This document shows, piece by piece, positions 46,037-56,412 of a stretch of DNA of 64,000 bases (the first letter of the stretch is position 1; each line of letters opens with the position of its first letter). Origin of the DNA: Candidatus Bathyarchaeia archaeon (GTDB taxonomy: Archaea > Thermoproteota > Bathyarchaeia > 40CM-2-53-6); contig JBEKSC010000011.1 of the NCBI GenBank assembly GCA_049517415.1, positions 15,151-79,150 of the forward strand. Reading direction: 5' to 3'. The translations under genes and the position numbers were made by a program. Under the pieces are notes generated by a model. That model did no database searches. It saw only the letters and a program-made list of their open reading frames with translations, and had not been told where the DNA came from.

Positions 46037-47142
46037 TGATTCTGGAGGGATATCGGGATCCGGTACTGGCAAAGAAGCTGCGCGTCGAAATCGAACGGCT
46101 TGCCCAAGCCATCCAGGAACACGTCTTAATCATGCACGTTTGCGGCTCTCATGAATGGGCGATCACACATTTCGGCATCCGGGCTCTACTGCCGGATAAT
46201 GTCGAAGTCCGCGCAGGCCCCGGATGCCCAGTTTGCGTTACACCCGCAGCTGACATCGACGCCGCGGTGCGGTTATCTCTCGAAGGGAAGACAATTCTCA
46301 CATATGGGGATATGTCGCGGGCGAAAGGATCCGGTATGTCTCTGTTTGAGGCTAAGGCGTCGGGCGGAGATGTCCGAGTTGTGTACAGTGTGCACGATGC
46401 CGTTAAGATGGCCGAAGCCAATCCCGGGCGTGAACATGTATTCTTCGCAGTCGGCTTTGAGACGACAGTGCCACCAACCGCTTACGAGATCTTGAAAGGC
46501 CCTCCACCGAATCTCACCTTCTTGACATCATATCGCTACGTTCCACCCGCTGTGGAAGCAGTTGCAACATCACCGGACCTAGCGGTTAGCGGATTCATGA
46601 ACGCCGGTCACGCCTCCACAGTGACCGGTATGAAAGCGTACGACCCTTGTTTCCAGAAAACACAGAAACCCATGGTCTTTTCAGGATTCGAACCCGTCGA
46701 CGTTCTGATCTCCCTAGCCATGCTGCTACGTCAGATCGCGAACGGTGAACCGAAGATGGAGAACGAGTATACTCGCGCCGTGACCTGGAACGGAAATGAA
46801 CGGGCACAAGCAGCTATGGATAAAGTCTTCGACCGAGTGGACGGATATTGGCGTGGCGTAGCCACAATCCCAGCCTCTGGGTTTAATATGCGAGAGGAAT
46901 TCCGAGAACATGATACGCGTTCACGCTTCGGTCTGAAGGAGACACCGGAAAGCGAACAATTCGTACCGCAAGCGAGATGTGGCGACGTAATTCTCGGAAA
47001 GATCGATCCGCCCGAATGCCCTCTCTACATGAAGGAATGCACGCCTGCCTCCCCGAAAGGGCCCACCATGGTTTCAGCGGAGGGGACCTGCAAGATATGG
47101 GCCGATCATAAGATTCTGGCGAGTATGCGTTGTCGTGTCTAG
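46036..47142 (+). CDS. hypD: Hydrogenase maturation protein HypD
   Basis: MHVCGSH, GPGCPVC, GFETT, C-terminal Cys cluster; TGATG overlap with hypC. Confidence 0.95.
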   Translation: MILEGYRDPVLAKKLRVEIERLAQAIQEHVLIMHVCGSHEWAITHFGIRALLPDNVEVRAGPGCPVCVTPAADIDAAVRLSLEGKTILTYGDMSRAKGSGMSLFEAKASGGDVRVVYSVHDAVKMAEANPGREHVFFAVGFETTVPPTAYEILKGPPPNLTFLTSYRYVPPAVEAVATSPDLAVSGFMNAGHASTVTGMKAYDPCFQKTQKPMVFSGFEPVDVLISLAMLLRQIANGEPKMENEYTRAVTWNGNERAQAAMDKVFDRVDGYWRGVATIPASGFNMREEFREHDTRSRFGLKETPESEQFVPQARCGDVILGKIDPPECPLYMKECTPASPKGPTMVSAEGTCKIWADHKILASMRCRV

Positions 47143-47148
47143 TTTAGT

Positions 47149-48204
47149 TCAGCAGATTCTCGGAACTGGATCGCCCGCTGGAGGTGCAATAATTCTCCTG
47201 CCGCCGACAACAGTCTCCGTGGCCACTAGATCGAACTCTGAAGTCGCCTCTCCAATGATCGCAGCGTCCCTCCCTTGCAGTGTATCCTTCAAAGCGGCGA
47301 GCACCGCCTGAGCTTTCTCAGGTACAACAGCGGCGACAAGTTTCCCTTCATTTCCGATCTCTAAGACATCCAGACCTAACATTTCACAAGCAGCTCGAAC
47401 TCCCTCCTTCACAGGAATCGATTGCTCTTCCACAAGGATTCCAACATGGGATTTCTGGCTCCATTCATTCAGGAGGTTAGCTAAACCTCCTCGAGTGGGA
47501 TCTTTCATCGCCACGATCCCACCTATCTCGAGCATTCGGTTCACCGTGCCTTTGAGCGGCGCGGCATCCGACTCGATTCGAGTTTCGAATCCATATCCCT
47601 CTCGAGCCGAAAGAACCGCGATTCCATGGTCCCCAATTGTTCCGGACAGTATGATCTTGTCGCCTGTTCGCACATTGCTGTCGAGTAACCATTGAGCGTC
47701 CAAGGTACGGTGCCTCTTTACTTCAAGTAGATTCTTGTCGAGCAGCAGGTTGCGCTTTCCGACCCCGGACGAATTGATCACGAACTTGTCGAGTGCTCCT
47801 CTCTCCATGACTTTCGTGTCTCCAGTAATCACAGGGACTCCCGCCTCGTCGCTGGCTTTCCTCATGCTTTCGAGGATCTTCTCAAGTTCGCTCAGGTCGA
47901 ATCCTTCCTCAAGTATGAAACCCTCCGCTAAGGCCAAGGGATCCCCACCGATCATGCAAATGTCATTTACCGTTCCGCTAATGGCGAGTCTTCCAATGTC
48001 GCCTCCAGGGAAGAAGAGCGGCTTCACAGTATAGGAGTCAGATTTCAGAACTATTCCTTGAACGACGGCCGCGTCATCAAGTGCATCCAGAGGGACATCC
48101 ACCTTTGCGCCGCCAAGATGCTTCAGCATGTACTTCTCGATCAAGGACTGCATTACTGTACCACCGGCGCCGTGTGCCATCGTCACGAGATCCGTTTTAG
48201 CCAT
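47149..48204 (-). CDS. hypE: Carbamoyl dehydratase HypE
   Basis: HGAGG, FFPGGDIG, GDTKV, DPTRGG, NEG, C-terminal PRIC. Confidence 0.96.
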   Translation of the reverse strand: MAKTDLVTMAHGAGGTVMQSLIEKYMLKHLGGAKVDVPLDALDDAAVVQGIVLKSDSYTVKPLFFPGGDIGRLAISGTVNDICMIGGDPLALAEGFILEEGFDLSELEKILESMRKASDEAGVPVITGDTKVMERGALDKFVINSSGVGKRNLLLDKNLLEVKRHRTLDAQWLLDSNVRTGDKIILSGTIGDHGIAVLSAREGYGFETRIESDAAPLKGTVNRMLEIGGIVAMKDPTRGGLANLLNEWSQKSHVGILVEEQSIPVKEGVRAACEMLGLDVLEIGNEGKLVAAVVPEKAQAVLAALKDTLQGRDAAIIGEATSEFDLVATETVVGGRRIIAPPAGDPVPRIC

Positions 48205-48598
48205 GGCGAAATCGACCTAGGCAAAGTTCTGAGTTGTCCGGCCTTTATAGACTTGAAACGCGACGCTAGGGGGATCTTGTCTTCATGCTCGCTGTGACGG
48301 CGTGGGCGATTCCGGTTTGTGTGCATTAGTAATCCTAGTTCCGTGCGGCCCGTGTGACCTTAACTCGATGACGAATTGAGGCCTTAAATCGACATTGACA
48401 CATGCGAAATTACTGGCAAACTACGGCGATATGAGCGGAATTTTCAGCTTATACATGATGAAGGAAGGCGGTGGCCTTCCCGACCCGCTACTACCATCCA
48501 GTTTTTGTCGCTGGGGTGTTTTTCCATTCTTGCCAAGCGTGGAAAGCAGAAGCATGTGTATTAAGGGCAGTTTCTTTCCAAATCGTAGAGAGAGTAAC

Positions 48599-49729
48599 AT
48601 GTCTAGCAAGAAGGCAGACTTAGCTGGTCCTGGGATTGGCAGTTACGATGAGCTTGAAAAGATTCTTCCACAAGATTACAACTCGCTCCTATCCCCGAAG
48701 GATACGCAGAAGGCTATCTTTGCGGTTAAGAGCTTCATCGAGGAAAACCTTTGCAAAGAACTCAACTTGATGATGGTTCAAGTTCCGCTGATTGTCGATG
48801 TTGAGAGTGGTGTAAATGACATGCTCGATCGGGACGGTTCACGCACCCCGGTCCAATTTCACATCTCAAACGACTACAACAAGCACCCAATAGATGCGCA
48901 AGTGGTCCAAGCTGCAACTAAGTGGAAGCGCGTTGCGCTGAAGCAATTTGCGATGAAAGCCAGCGAGGGGATCTGCACCGACATGCGTGCGGTGCGCAAG
49001 GACTACTTCCTAGACCACGATCACAGTGCCTACGTGGACCAATGGGATTGGGAGAAGGTGATGACTGAGGATGAACGAAATTTGGATTACCTTAAGGAGA
49101 CCGTCCGCAAAATCTGGAAAGTTCTCAAGGGAGCTCAGAACCAAGCGGAAAGGCTCTTTCCCCAGCTTAAGACAGCAAAATACCCGAGCCTCCCTGATGA
49201 GATTACATTCCTTCATGCCGAAGATATCCTCGAAAAGTACCCGGACATGCCTCGGAAGGCGCGTGAGACTGCGATATTGCAAAAGTACCCTGCAATATTC
49301 ATCATTGGAATTGGGTGGGTGTTGAAAGATGGTTATCCGCATGAGATGAGGGCTGCGGACTATGATGATTGGATTACGGAAACAAGGTCTGAGGACGGAA
49401 GGCCTATGCATGGCCTCAACGGGGATATTCTAGTCTGGAACCCTGTTACAAAGCGCCGCCACGAGCTAACGTCCATGGGCATCCGCGTTAACTCTAGCTC
49501 ACTCAAGAAGCAATTGGAGGTTACTGGGCAACTGGACTTCCTCAAATTCCCATACCATCAGGCCATCGTCAACAAAGAATTGCCGCTCAGTATTGGGGGC
49601 GGCATTGGTCAATCACGAACGTATATGCTCCTACTGAAGAAGGCACATCTAGGTGAGGTTAGCGTCACGGTTTGGCCAAAGATCCTGAAGGACCTGTGTG
49701 ATAAGAAGAATATCCACGTATTACAGTAA
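48599..49729 (+). CDS. asnA: Aspartate-ammonia ligase
   Basis: KWKR, DHSAYVDQWDWEK, RAADYDDW, LNGDI, IGGGIGQSR; likely start MSSKKADL. Confidence 0.93.
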   Translation: MSSKKADLAGPGIGSYDELEKILPQDYNSLLSPKDTQKAIFAVKSFIEENLCKELNLMMVQVPLIVDVESGVNDMLDRDGSRTPVQFHISNDYNKHPIDAQVVQAATKWKRVALKQFAMKASEGICTDMRAVRKDYFLDHDHSAYVDQWDWEKVMTEDERNLDYLKETVRKIWKVLKGAQNQAERLFPQLKTAKYPSLPDEITFLHAEDILEKYPDMPRKARETAILQKYPAIFIIGIGWVLKDGYPHEMRAADYDDWITETRSEDGRPMHGLNGDILVWNPVTKRRHELTSMGIRVNSSSLKKQLEVTGQLDFLKFPYHQAIVNKELPLSIGGGIGQSRTYMLLLKKAHLGEVSVTVWPKILKDLCDKKNIHVLQ

Positions 49730-49736
49730 GCCTCTG

Positions 49737-52127
49737 CTACGAAGCGAAAGCTTGGAAGTGTTTAACGGTCTCCGCCATTTCGCGTAACCGTTTGTCTACT
49801 CGGCCGTAAATGGAGTTCTCCTCATAGTTCCCGTTCGGCAACCTCTTTCCTGCTGGGACCCCTGTGAGAAGTTCTATGCCTTCCTCGATGGTTTTCACGG
49901 GGTATATGTGAAACTTTCCCGCCTTCACGGCGTCCACGACTTCCTGTTTCAACATGAGGTTCTGAGTGTTGCTTTGCGGAATAATCACGCTATGCTGCCC
50001 GTTTAGGCCCCTCGCCTTGCAGATTTCGTAATAGCCTTCAATCTTCTCGTTGGCGCCTCCGATTGGTTGAACGTCGCCATTTTGGTTAACTGAGCCGGTT
50101 ACCGCGAAGCTCTGCTTAATTGGAACGCCTGAAAGTGCCGAAAGCAGCGCGTACAGCTCCGTGCTTGACGCGCTGTCGCCTTCAACTCCTTCATAATTCT
50201 GCTCAAAAACAATCCTCGCTGACAACGTCAACGGCTTGTCGTAGGCGAATTTTGTAGCCAAGTAACCAGCGATTATCATAACGCCTTTGCCGTGTATGGG
50301 GCCGCTCATGTTAACCTCTCTTTGGACATCAATCAATCCCCCTTTTCCCAAGCCAACGGCAATGGTAATTCGTGATGGGGCGCCAAAGGAAAAGTCACCT
50401 ACGCTCAGAACCGACAAGCCGTTAATCTGACCAACCGTTGCTCCGTCCGTTGAAATGAAAATTACATTTCGTTGAATGTATTCTCGGATTTTGTCTTGTA
50501 TTAGGTTTGAACGATAGAGTTTAGCTTCGATTGCTTTCTCAACATGAGATGCCGTTATGTATTTGACATCTTCTTGGCTGGCATAGAAATGTGCTTCGCG
50601 CACCACGTCCGCCACAAGCCCAAACTGCGTTGAAAGCTTGTTTTGGTCTTCGGCTATCCTGGAACTATGTTCCACCAATCGAGCCACTGCTGAAGTGTCG
50701 AGGTGTTTCAGGTTTTCGTTTACAACTAGAGTTGTGAAGAATCCTGCGTAACGTTTGAGACTGCTATCCGATTTCTCCATGGTGGAGTCGAAATCCGCCT
50801 TTACTTTGAAGAGTTCGCGAAATTCGGGGTCGTACGCAAAGAGAAGTTGGTATGTGGAGGAGTCCCCGATTAGTACAACCTTTACATCGAGAGGTATCGG
50901 CTGGGGGGAGAGGCTCCTTACATTCGCGTAGCCTATTCGTTGAGGCAGTTCTTCAATTGTCGCCTCTCCTGCCTTCAACGCACGTTTCAAACCCTCGTAA
51001 ACATTCAGGTCGCGAAGTAGGTGCTCGGCGCGAACAATCAAAAACCCGCCATTCGCCTCATGTATAGCTCCGCCACGGATCAGAGTGAAATCGGTTGTTA
51101 AAGTTCCGAGCTGACTCTCTTTTTCAATTCGGCCGAGCAAATTATCGTAGGTTGGGTTTTGTTCTAGAATTATCGGGGCTCCTTGGACGCCTGAATTGTC
51201 AGCGATTACATTCACATCGTAGACTCGAAAGGCCAATTCATCAGCCAAGGCTTCCTGCACATCCTCTTTCCTGTCTCCGCGCCGAGTCCTGAACCTTTCC
51301 AGATCCTCAACGATGTGTGTTTGAATTTCATTGAGGAAATCCGTAATCTCGCTGTGTTGTTTATACTTCGTGAGTAGATTCGACATCAAAGTTTCAATTG
51401 CATACAATGTTACGTCCCGATCGAATTCGATCATCTCATCTCGCGCTTTCAACTCGACATCGCGGAGTTCTCTGAGAAGAGGCTGAAGTTTTTCCCTGAC
51501 TGTCTCGCGTTTTTCCGTGAATTTCTGTTGTGTTTCTTTGGGTAGTGAAAGGAAGTCCTGTTCGGACAATGCGTGACCTTTCTCAACGGGGACTAAGGAT
51601 ATTCCGAGGGCTGTGAGCTGCATTATGAATCCCTCGCCCTCAGCGGCCTGTTCCATGCGTGTAATCACATCCTGCCTTCGCTGATTCATTTTGCGCGCCA
51701 TTTCGTCTCGTTTTGTGGCGTAATCATCCCCTTCGAATAATTGCGAGATCGCGATTCGCGCAGCTTGGACGAGTTCACGCATGTCCTGTTTGAGTTCCTT
51801 TCCCAACCCTAGGGGACAGCGAAGCACCTTCGGCTCGTATTCGTCCTCGAAGTTGTGAACATAGCACCAGTCTTGGGGTGTGGGCAATTTCTTAGCTATG
51901 TCCTCAAGGAAGTCGGTCGTTGTTGTTGTCTTTCCGGTAGCTGACGGGCCGGCCGCGAATATGTTGAATCCGGCTTCTTTGATGTTAAACCCAAACAACA
52001 ATGCTTGGTAGGCGCGCGGTTGGCCAACTAGTATGTCAAGAGGCTTCAATTCCTCTGTGGACTTCGCTCCGATGAGCTTTGGGTCGCAGGTCCACCTCAG
52101 GCTTGTGGCTGGAAGCTCGGACGGCAA
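49737..52127 (-). CDS. Soluble Lon-like (LonC-type) protease
   Basis: GPSATGKT, coiled-coil insert, ANGGFL, EGDSAS catalytic Ser, PIGG..EK; no TM segment. Confidence 0.9.
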   Translation of the reverse strand: MPSELPATSLRWTCDPKLIGAKSTEELKPLDILVGQPRAYQALLFGFNIKEAGFNIFAAGPSATGKTTTTTDFLEDIAKKLPTPQDWCYVHNFEDEYEPKVLRCPLGLGKELKQDMRELVQAARIAISQLFEGDDYATKRDEMARKMNQRRQDVITRMEQAAEGEGFIMQLTALGISLVPVEKGHALSEQDFLSLPKETQQKFTEKRETVREKLQPLLRELRDVELKARDEMIEFDRDVTLYAIETLMSNLLTKYKQHSEITDFLNEIQTHIVEDLERFRTRRGDRKEDVQEALADELAFRVYDVNVIADNSGVQGAPIILEQNPTYDNLLGRIEKESQLGTLTTDFTLIRGGAIHEANGGFLIVRAEHLLRDLNVYEGLKRALKAGEATIEELPQRIGYANVRSLSPQPIPLDVKVVLIGDSSTYQLLFAYDPEFRELFKVKADFDSTMEKSDSSLKRYAGFFTTLVVNENLKHLDTSAVARLVEHSSRIAEDQNKLSTQFGLVADVVREAHFYASQEDVKYITASHVEKAIEAKLYRSNLIQDKIREYIQRNVIFISTDGATVGQINGLSVLSVGDFSFGAPSRITIAVGLGKGGLIDVQREVNMSGPIHGKGVMIIAGYLATKFAYDKPLTLSARIVFEQNYEGVEGDSASSTELYALLSALSGVPIKQSFAVTGSVNQNGDVQPIGGANEKIEGYYEICKARGLNGQHSVIIPQSNTQNLMLKQEVVDAVKAGKFHIYPVKTIEEGIELLTGVPAGKRLPNGNYEENSIYGRVDKRLREMAETVKHFQAFAS

Positions 52128-52290
52128 GAGAATTCAGCAGGTCTTCCGAAGAGCGTAGGCTAATTACTTTACTGAGTTGCTGTAGCCTCCTGATAGTTGA
52201 CGGGGCAGGTTACGGGTTTCGTTCACCGCAGGTGCCCTAGCGTTCTTTCCCCAGATCCCACAAACGATGAGCCGGAGACAAAGGCGTCGA

Positions 52291-52542
52291 TTAGGCTGGG
52301 GGTTTCACTTCGTCGAGCCTGACGGGGCTGTGGGTTTTTGGGTCAATCCAAATGAAGGGGTCATCCCATCTATCCGTGAGCTCGATCTTAACGAGGTGGT
52401 CGCACCGGGGGCATCTTGGTCCTCTTGTCTCGAAAATCGTGTCCGGGCACTTGCAGTTGCAGTCAACGTGTTCCAACAGAATTTTTCGGCCCTCATACCT
52501 AGGGATTCTGGGTGGGCTGCAAGCTTCGCAGAAGGTTTCCAC
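52291..52542 (-). CDS. Cys-rich zinc-finger microprotein (start uncertain)
   Basis: CEAC, HVDCNCKC, CPRC; directly downstream of SNF2. Confidence 0.6.
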   Translation of the reverse strand: METFCEACSPPRIPRYEGRKILLEHVDCNCKCPDTIFETRGPRCPRCDHLVKIELTDRWDDPFIWIDPKTHSPVRLDEVKPPA

Positions 52543-52611
52543 TTCCTTTACGACGAAGTTTAGCGTGTCGAGGCCTATTACGCTAGAGAGGTGAGTGAAA
52601 CTTACGCACGA

Positions 52612-54735
52612 CTATTGCAATTTGTCAGGAATTCGTCGGCCGCTTGAGCTCTCTACGCGGAGGCCGTAATGCTCACGTATTTTTTCAGCCAGCTTCAACA
52701 TATCAAAGCCGAAGACCTCTCTCAACTCGTCGAGCGACAGATCCTCGCTCTCCGCTATTTCACTCACCGTCACGTCTCTGAACAGCTTTCGTTTTCGCTC
52801 TAGCACATCGCGAACATGCTCCTCCACAGTGCCTTTGACGACGAAGTTTACCGCAAGAACCTTGTTGGTCTGGCCGATTCGGTGCAGACGAGCTATGCGC
52901 TGTTGCAATCGGGCTGGGTTCCAAGGTAAATCGTAATTTACTACGACATCGGCGGCTTGGAGGTTCAATCCGAATTGTCCCGCGTCCGTACTGGCGAGGA
53001 CACGGTATTCTGTTTGCTCTATGAATTGTCTCAGATGCGTGGTTCGGTCGTCGCCGGAAAGCTGACCGTGGTATACAAGTGTTGGAATTCCTAGGCTCGA
53101 GAGTTCTTCCTGGATCAGGTTAACGACGGCTACAAATTGTGAGAACACAACTATCTTGTGGCCTTGTTCGGTAAGCTCATTTACCAATTCCTTTAGCTCA
53201 ACCAATTTCGCGTTTTCTGGTTCGAGGTTTGCTAGTACGCGGATAAGTTTCTTGAAGATGGCTGACTCCCGTAATGTCCGAGCGTCCTCTGTGTTTTCTC
53301 GTTGCTTGCGGCGTAGGTAGCCTGCTATCATGCTGATGTCTGCACAGGCTTCGCGCAAGAGCGTGTAGAATCTGAGGCGGTTTGCGGTGAAGGGGTTGGG
53401 TCCTTCCTGGTCGCTGGTGCTGTAGGCATACTCTTCTAGAACAGTTTCGCCTAAGCTTTCTTGGAGTATGTCATAGATCATTTTCTGGTTCCTTGCCGGT
53501 TCCGTATACACGTATTGAGTCGTAAGTGCCGGCAGTTGCTTCAATACCTGGGCCTTCGTTCGCCGAATAGAAACCAGCCGTAACTCCCTTCTGAGTTCAG
53601 GTAGGTTTTCAGGGTTAACAATGGGGCGCGAACTCAGCCATCCTTGACCAGAAAGTTTCAGCGTGAACCTGGCTAGGAAGTCTTCGTTGTAGCGTCCAAA
53701 GAAGCCGGGTTGGACAATGTTGACGATGTTGTAAAGTTCCCCAAGATGATTTTCGAGTGGCGTGCCGGTCAAGGCGATAACGTTTCTGACGATGAGCTTC
53801 TTCGCCGCTTCACTTGTTTGCGTATCCCAGTTCTTTACCCGAGTTACCTCGTCGAGGATTAACGTGTCGAAGTTTTTTTGAAGTATTAACTCCAAATCAG
53901 TTCTAAGCAACTCATAGTTCATCACGATGAGCGGATCATTGTATAGTTCCATACGTTCGCTTAGCGTGCGCCGAGATGAAACCATCGTTGGTTCGAGGTT
54001 GAATTTCTCAACTAATTCCCCATGCCATTGTTCAACTACCGCATTTGGGGTAACAATGATGGCCCTCGAGGCTTTCTTCTGCTTGATAAGTTCCAGCAAT
54101 GCTGTGGTGGCGGTAATAGTTTTCCCGAGCCCCATCTCGTCGAAGAGGCAAGCTCGGCCGTTGTTTCTTAGGATGAATTCTACTGCTTTTCGTTGAAAGG
54201 GATAGAGTGTAACGTTGATTTTTCGCGGAAGCTTAATGACGGCTAGTCGAACTTCGGTTTCGGGGAAGTTTTGGAGTAGGACGCGTACACCCTGATTTTC
54301 GAAGGCGTGTTTGGCGAACTTGACCGATCCGGCTTGCCTCAGTCTATATGCGTCGTAGTATGGACTCCAGATGACATATGTTTTGAAGGTTCGGTCGTCG
54401 AGAATTTCTTTCAATGAATCGTCCTTAAGTGGTCTGACCCATACGACGCCGTCTCTGTCGTACTCAAGAATTACTGATCGGTGTTCCCGGATTAATTTGA
54501 GGGCGCGGGGCGAATATAGCAGCCTTAGGCCTGCTTGGCGGTAGGTCTCCTTCGCGACTTCGGGGTTAAGGGTGAGGGGGTGGCGAAAGAATCCAGCCTT
54601 GAAAGGCGTAATCTCAACCAGCGATCCGAAGCTAGGTTGAGGCACGTGAACTTCAGGTTGAATGGCCATTGAGGGCTGAACTAAGACACGTTGTAAGCGT
54701 ACTCGTTCTGTCTTCCTTTCTGGCATTGCCCCCAA
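52612..54735 (-). CDS. SNF2/SWI2 family helicase-like ATPase
   Basis: DEMGLGKT, ILDE, TGTPLEN, FSQF, GLNLQ, PWNP..LQQRIARLHRIGQ. Confidence 0.94.
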   Translation of the reverse strand: MGAMPERKTERVRLQRVLVQPSMAIQPEVHVPQPSFGSLVEITPFKAGFFRHPLTLNPEVAKETYRQAGLRLLYSPRALKLIREHRSVILEYDRDGVVWVRPLKDDSLKEILDDRTFKTYVIWSPYYDAYRLRQAGSVKFAKHAFENQGVRVLLQNFPETEVRLAVIKLPRKINVTLYPFQRKAVEFILRNNGRACLFDEMGLGKTITATTALLELIKQKKASRAIIVTPNAVVEQWHGELVEKFNLEPTMVSSRRTLSERMELYNDPLIVMNYELLRTDLELILQKNFDTLILDEVTRVKNWDTQTSEAAKKLIVRNVIALTGTPLENHLGELYNIVNIVQPGFFGRYNEDFLARFTLKLSGQGWLSSRPIVNPENLPELRRELRLVSIRRTKAQVLKQLPALTTQYVYTEPARNQKMIYDILQESLGETVLEEYAYSTSDQEGPNPFTANRLRFYTLLREACADISMIAGYLRRKQRENTEDARTLRESAIFKKLIRVLANLEPENAKLVELKELVNELTEQGHKIVVFSQFVAVVNLIQEELSSLGIPTLVYHGQLSGDDRTTHLRQFIEQTEYRVLASTDAGQFGLNLQAADVVVNYDLPWNPARLQQRIARLHRIGQTNKVLAVNFVVKGTVEEHVRDVLERKRKLFRDVTVSEIAESEDLSLDELREVFGFDMLKLAEKIREHYGLRVESSSGRRIPDKLQ

Positions 54736-55084
54736 GCCCTCTGAACGCCTCGTCTAAGTTCAAAACCAACGACTACCAAAAAACCACAATATGAGTGTCT
54801 CGGAAATGTGGCCCATTACGTGGAATGCGGCCTACCTTCCTCGGGGGGCAGGTAGACGGCGAACAATCCCCCAGAAAAGCATACGGTACTCTGCGTTCTG
54901 CCTTCTCTACAAGAATCAGCCTTACATCAAGATCCATCCAAGCTATCCTATCGAACTTTGCTTTTTCTCATGTCACCAATTTTAGCGAGCCTCGACAAAT
55001 CAGTTGGGATGCTATTGTACTGATTTAAGTACGAGGCTTCGCTACGCTGCGTTGTAATAGAATTCGGATTCCGATGAGTCAGCT

Positions 55085-55693
55085 ATGAGTTCGCCCTTGA
55101 AAACATATTCTTACATTCTCGCAGTCATAGAACGCGGGCAGATAGCAGACGTTGTCAAAGCGGTTAAGGAAATTAGCCAGATTGAGGAAGGGGCACTTCT
55201 AATCGGCAAGTACGAATTGCTCGTGCGAGTGTCGCACTATGATCGTTCTGATTTGTACAAGTCCGTTTCACAAATCCGAGATACGCCGGGAATTAGGGCC
55301 ACAAGCACTCACATACCTTTCGAAGGTTTCACGAAAGAGTACACTGTTGACGAGAATGACGCCCTAACGATTTCACTGTTACGGGCACAGGGTTCACTCC
55401 CCGACGTTTTGTCCCAACTTAAAAAACTGGAACATGTTGTTGAAGGGCATATCATTCCAGGGGATTGGGATCTACTCACGATTCTTCACAGCAAGAACGT
55501 TAGCCAGATTCTTGAAAAAGCCGTAAACCAATTTGAGGGAGTACAGGGTGTTTCTAAGACCGAGACTCTGATCGCCCGGCAATACTTCCATAGGATCCAG
55601 GACGAGACCGTGTCCGTCGGAACGTACGTACCACAGTATGCGTTTGACCAGTTGAAAGACAGTAAAGTCCTAGGAACGCAGAGCACTTCGTGA
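55085..55693 (+). CDS. Tandem Lrp/AsnC ligand-binding domain protein, no HTH
   Basis: Two repeats (IGKYEL, PGDWDL) ending TST and TET; paralog of 21665-22189. Confidence 0.78.
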   Translation: MSSPLKTYSYILAVIERGQIADVVKAVKEISQIEEGALLIGKYELLVRVSHYDRSDLYKSVSQIRDTPGIRATSTHIPFEGFTKEYTVDENDALTISLLRAQGSLPDVLSQLKKLEHVVEGHIIPGDWDLLTILHSKNVSQILEKAVNQFEGVQGVSKTETLIARQYFHRIQDETVSVGTYVPQYAFDQLKDSKVLGTQSTS

Positions 55694-55770
55694 CGGAAGG
55701 AAAAAGCAAGCTTAAGAATTGCCTGTTGTGGTTTCAAACCCTTTGTAGTGGTCCCGAGTTGCCAACCGAA

Positions 55771-56352
55771 ATGAGTAAAGAATCACAGGCCAAGGCTGGG
55801 AGCCCTCTATCTATTCAACAGATGCGGAAGGAGCTGGAGCAAGTTACTGAGGAGAAGGAGCAGAGCGAAAAGAAGGCGGCTGAGTACTTGGACCGTTTAC
55901 AGCGCCTTCAGGCAGACATGGAGAACTTCCAGAAGATCGCAAAACGCCAGGTTGACGCCGTAACTAAGCAGGCCTCTGAAAGACTGCTCGTCAAATTGCT
56001 GCCGGTTCTGGATGCTTTGGAACAGGCTGGAAAATTGAGCCAATCTGGTGACTCGATGCCTACGGACGAGATTGGGGTAGGGCTAAAGATGCTACATCAG
56101 CAACTCGCAGAAGTCCTCTTCGCCGAAGGTTTAGAGGAAATTCCGTCCGTGGGGGGCCTACTGGATACGGAGCGACACGAAGTTGTCGGCTACTTGGAAG
56201 CTGATGACAAGCCTGAGAACACAGTTGTTGAGGAAGTCCGTAAAGGGTACTTTTTGAATGGGAAAGTGATTCGGCCGAGCCTTGTCGTTGTTGCTAAAGC
56301 AAGAAGATCTGAAGCAGAGCCTGAAAGTGAGACGGGGGGAGACTCGAATTGA
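55771..56352 (+). CDS. grpE: Nucleotide exchange factor GrpE
   Basis: RLQADMEN, LLPVLD, HEVV, KGY.LNGKVIRP; start uncertain. Confidence 0.94.
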   Translation: MSKESQAKAGSPLSIQQMRKELEQVTEEKEQSEKKAAEYLDRLQRLQADMENFQKIAKRQVDAVTKQASERLLVKLLPVLDALEQAGKLSQSGDSMPTDEIGVGLKMLHQQLAEVLFAEGLEEIPSVGGLLDTERHEVVGYLEADDKPENTVVEEVRKGYFLNGKVIRPSLVVVAKARRSEAEPESETGGDSN

Positions 56353-56412
56353 GCTCCCATAATGTTTTTGAACCGATACCTAGTTCCTTGTTACGTCAAG
56401 TAACTATTAGGG

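Noticed and set aside
46960..47100. HypD missing two C-terminal cysteines
   Set aside because: As I recall, the ARC...MVS pattern matches E. coli-type HypD; four putative cluster ligands remain
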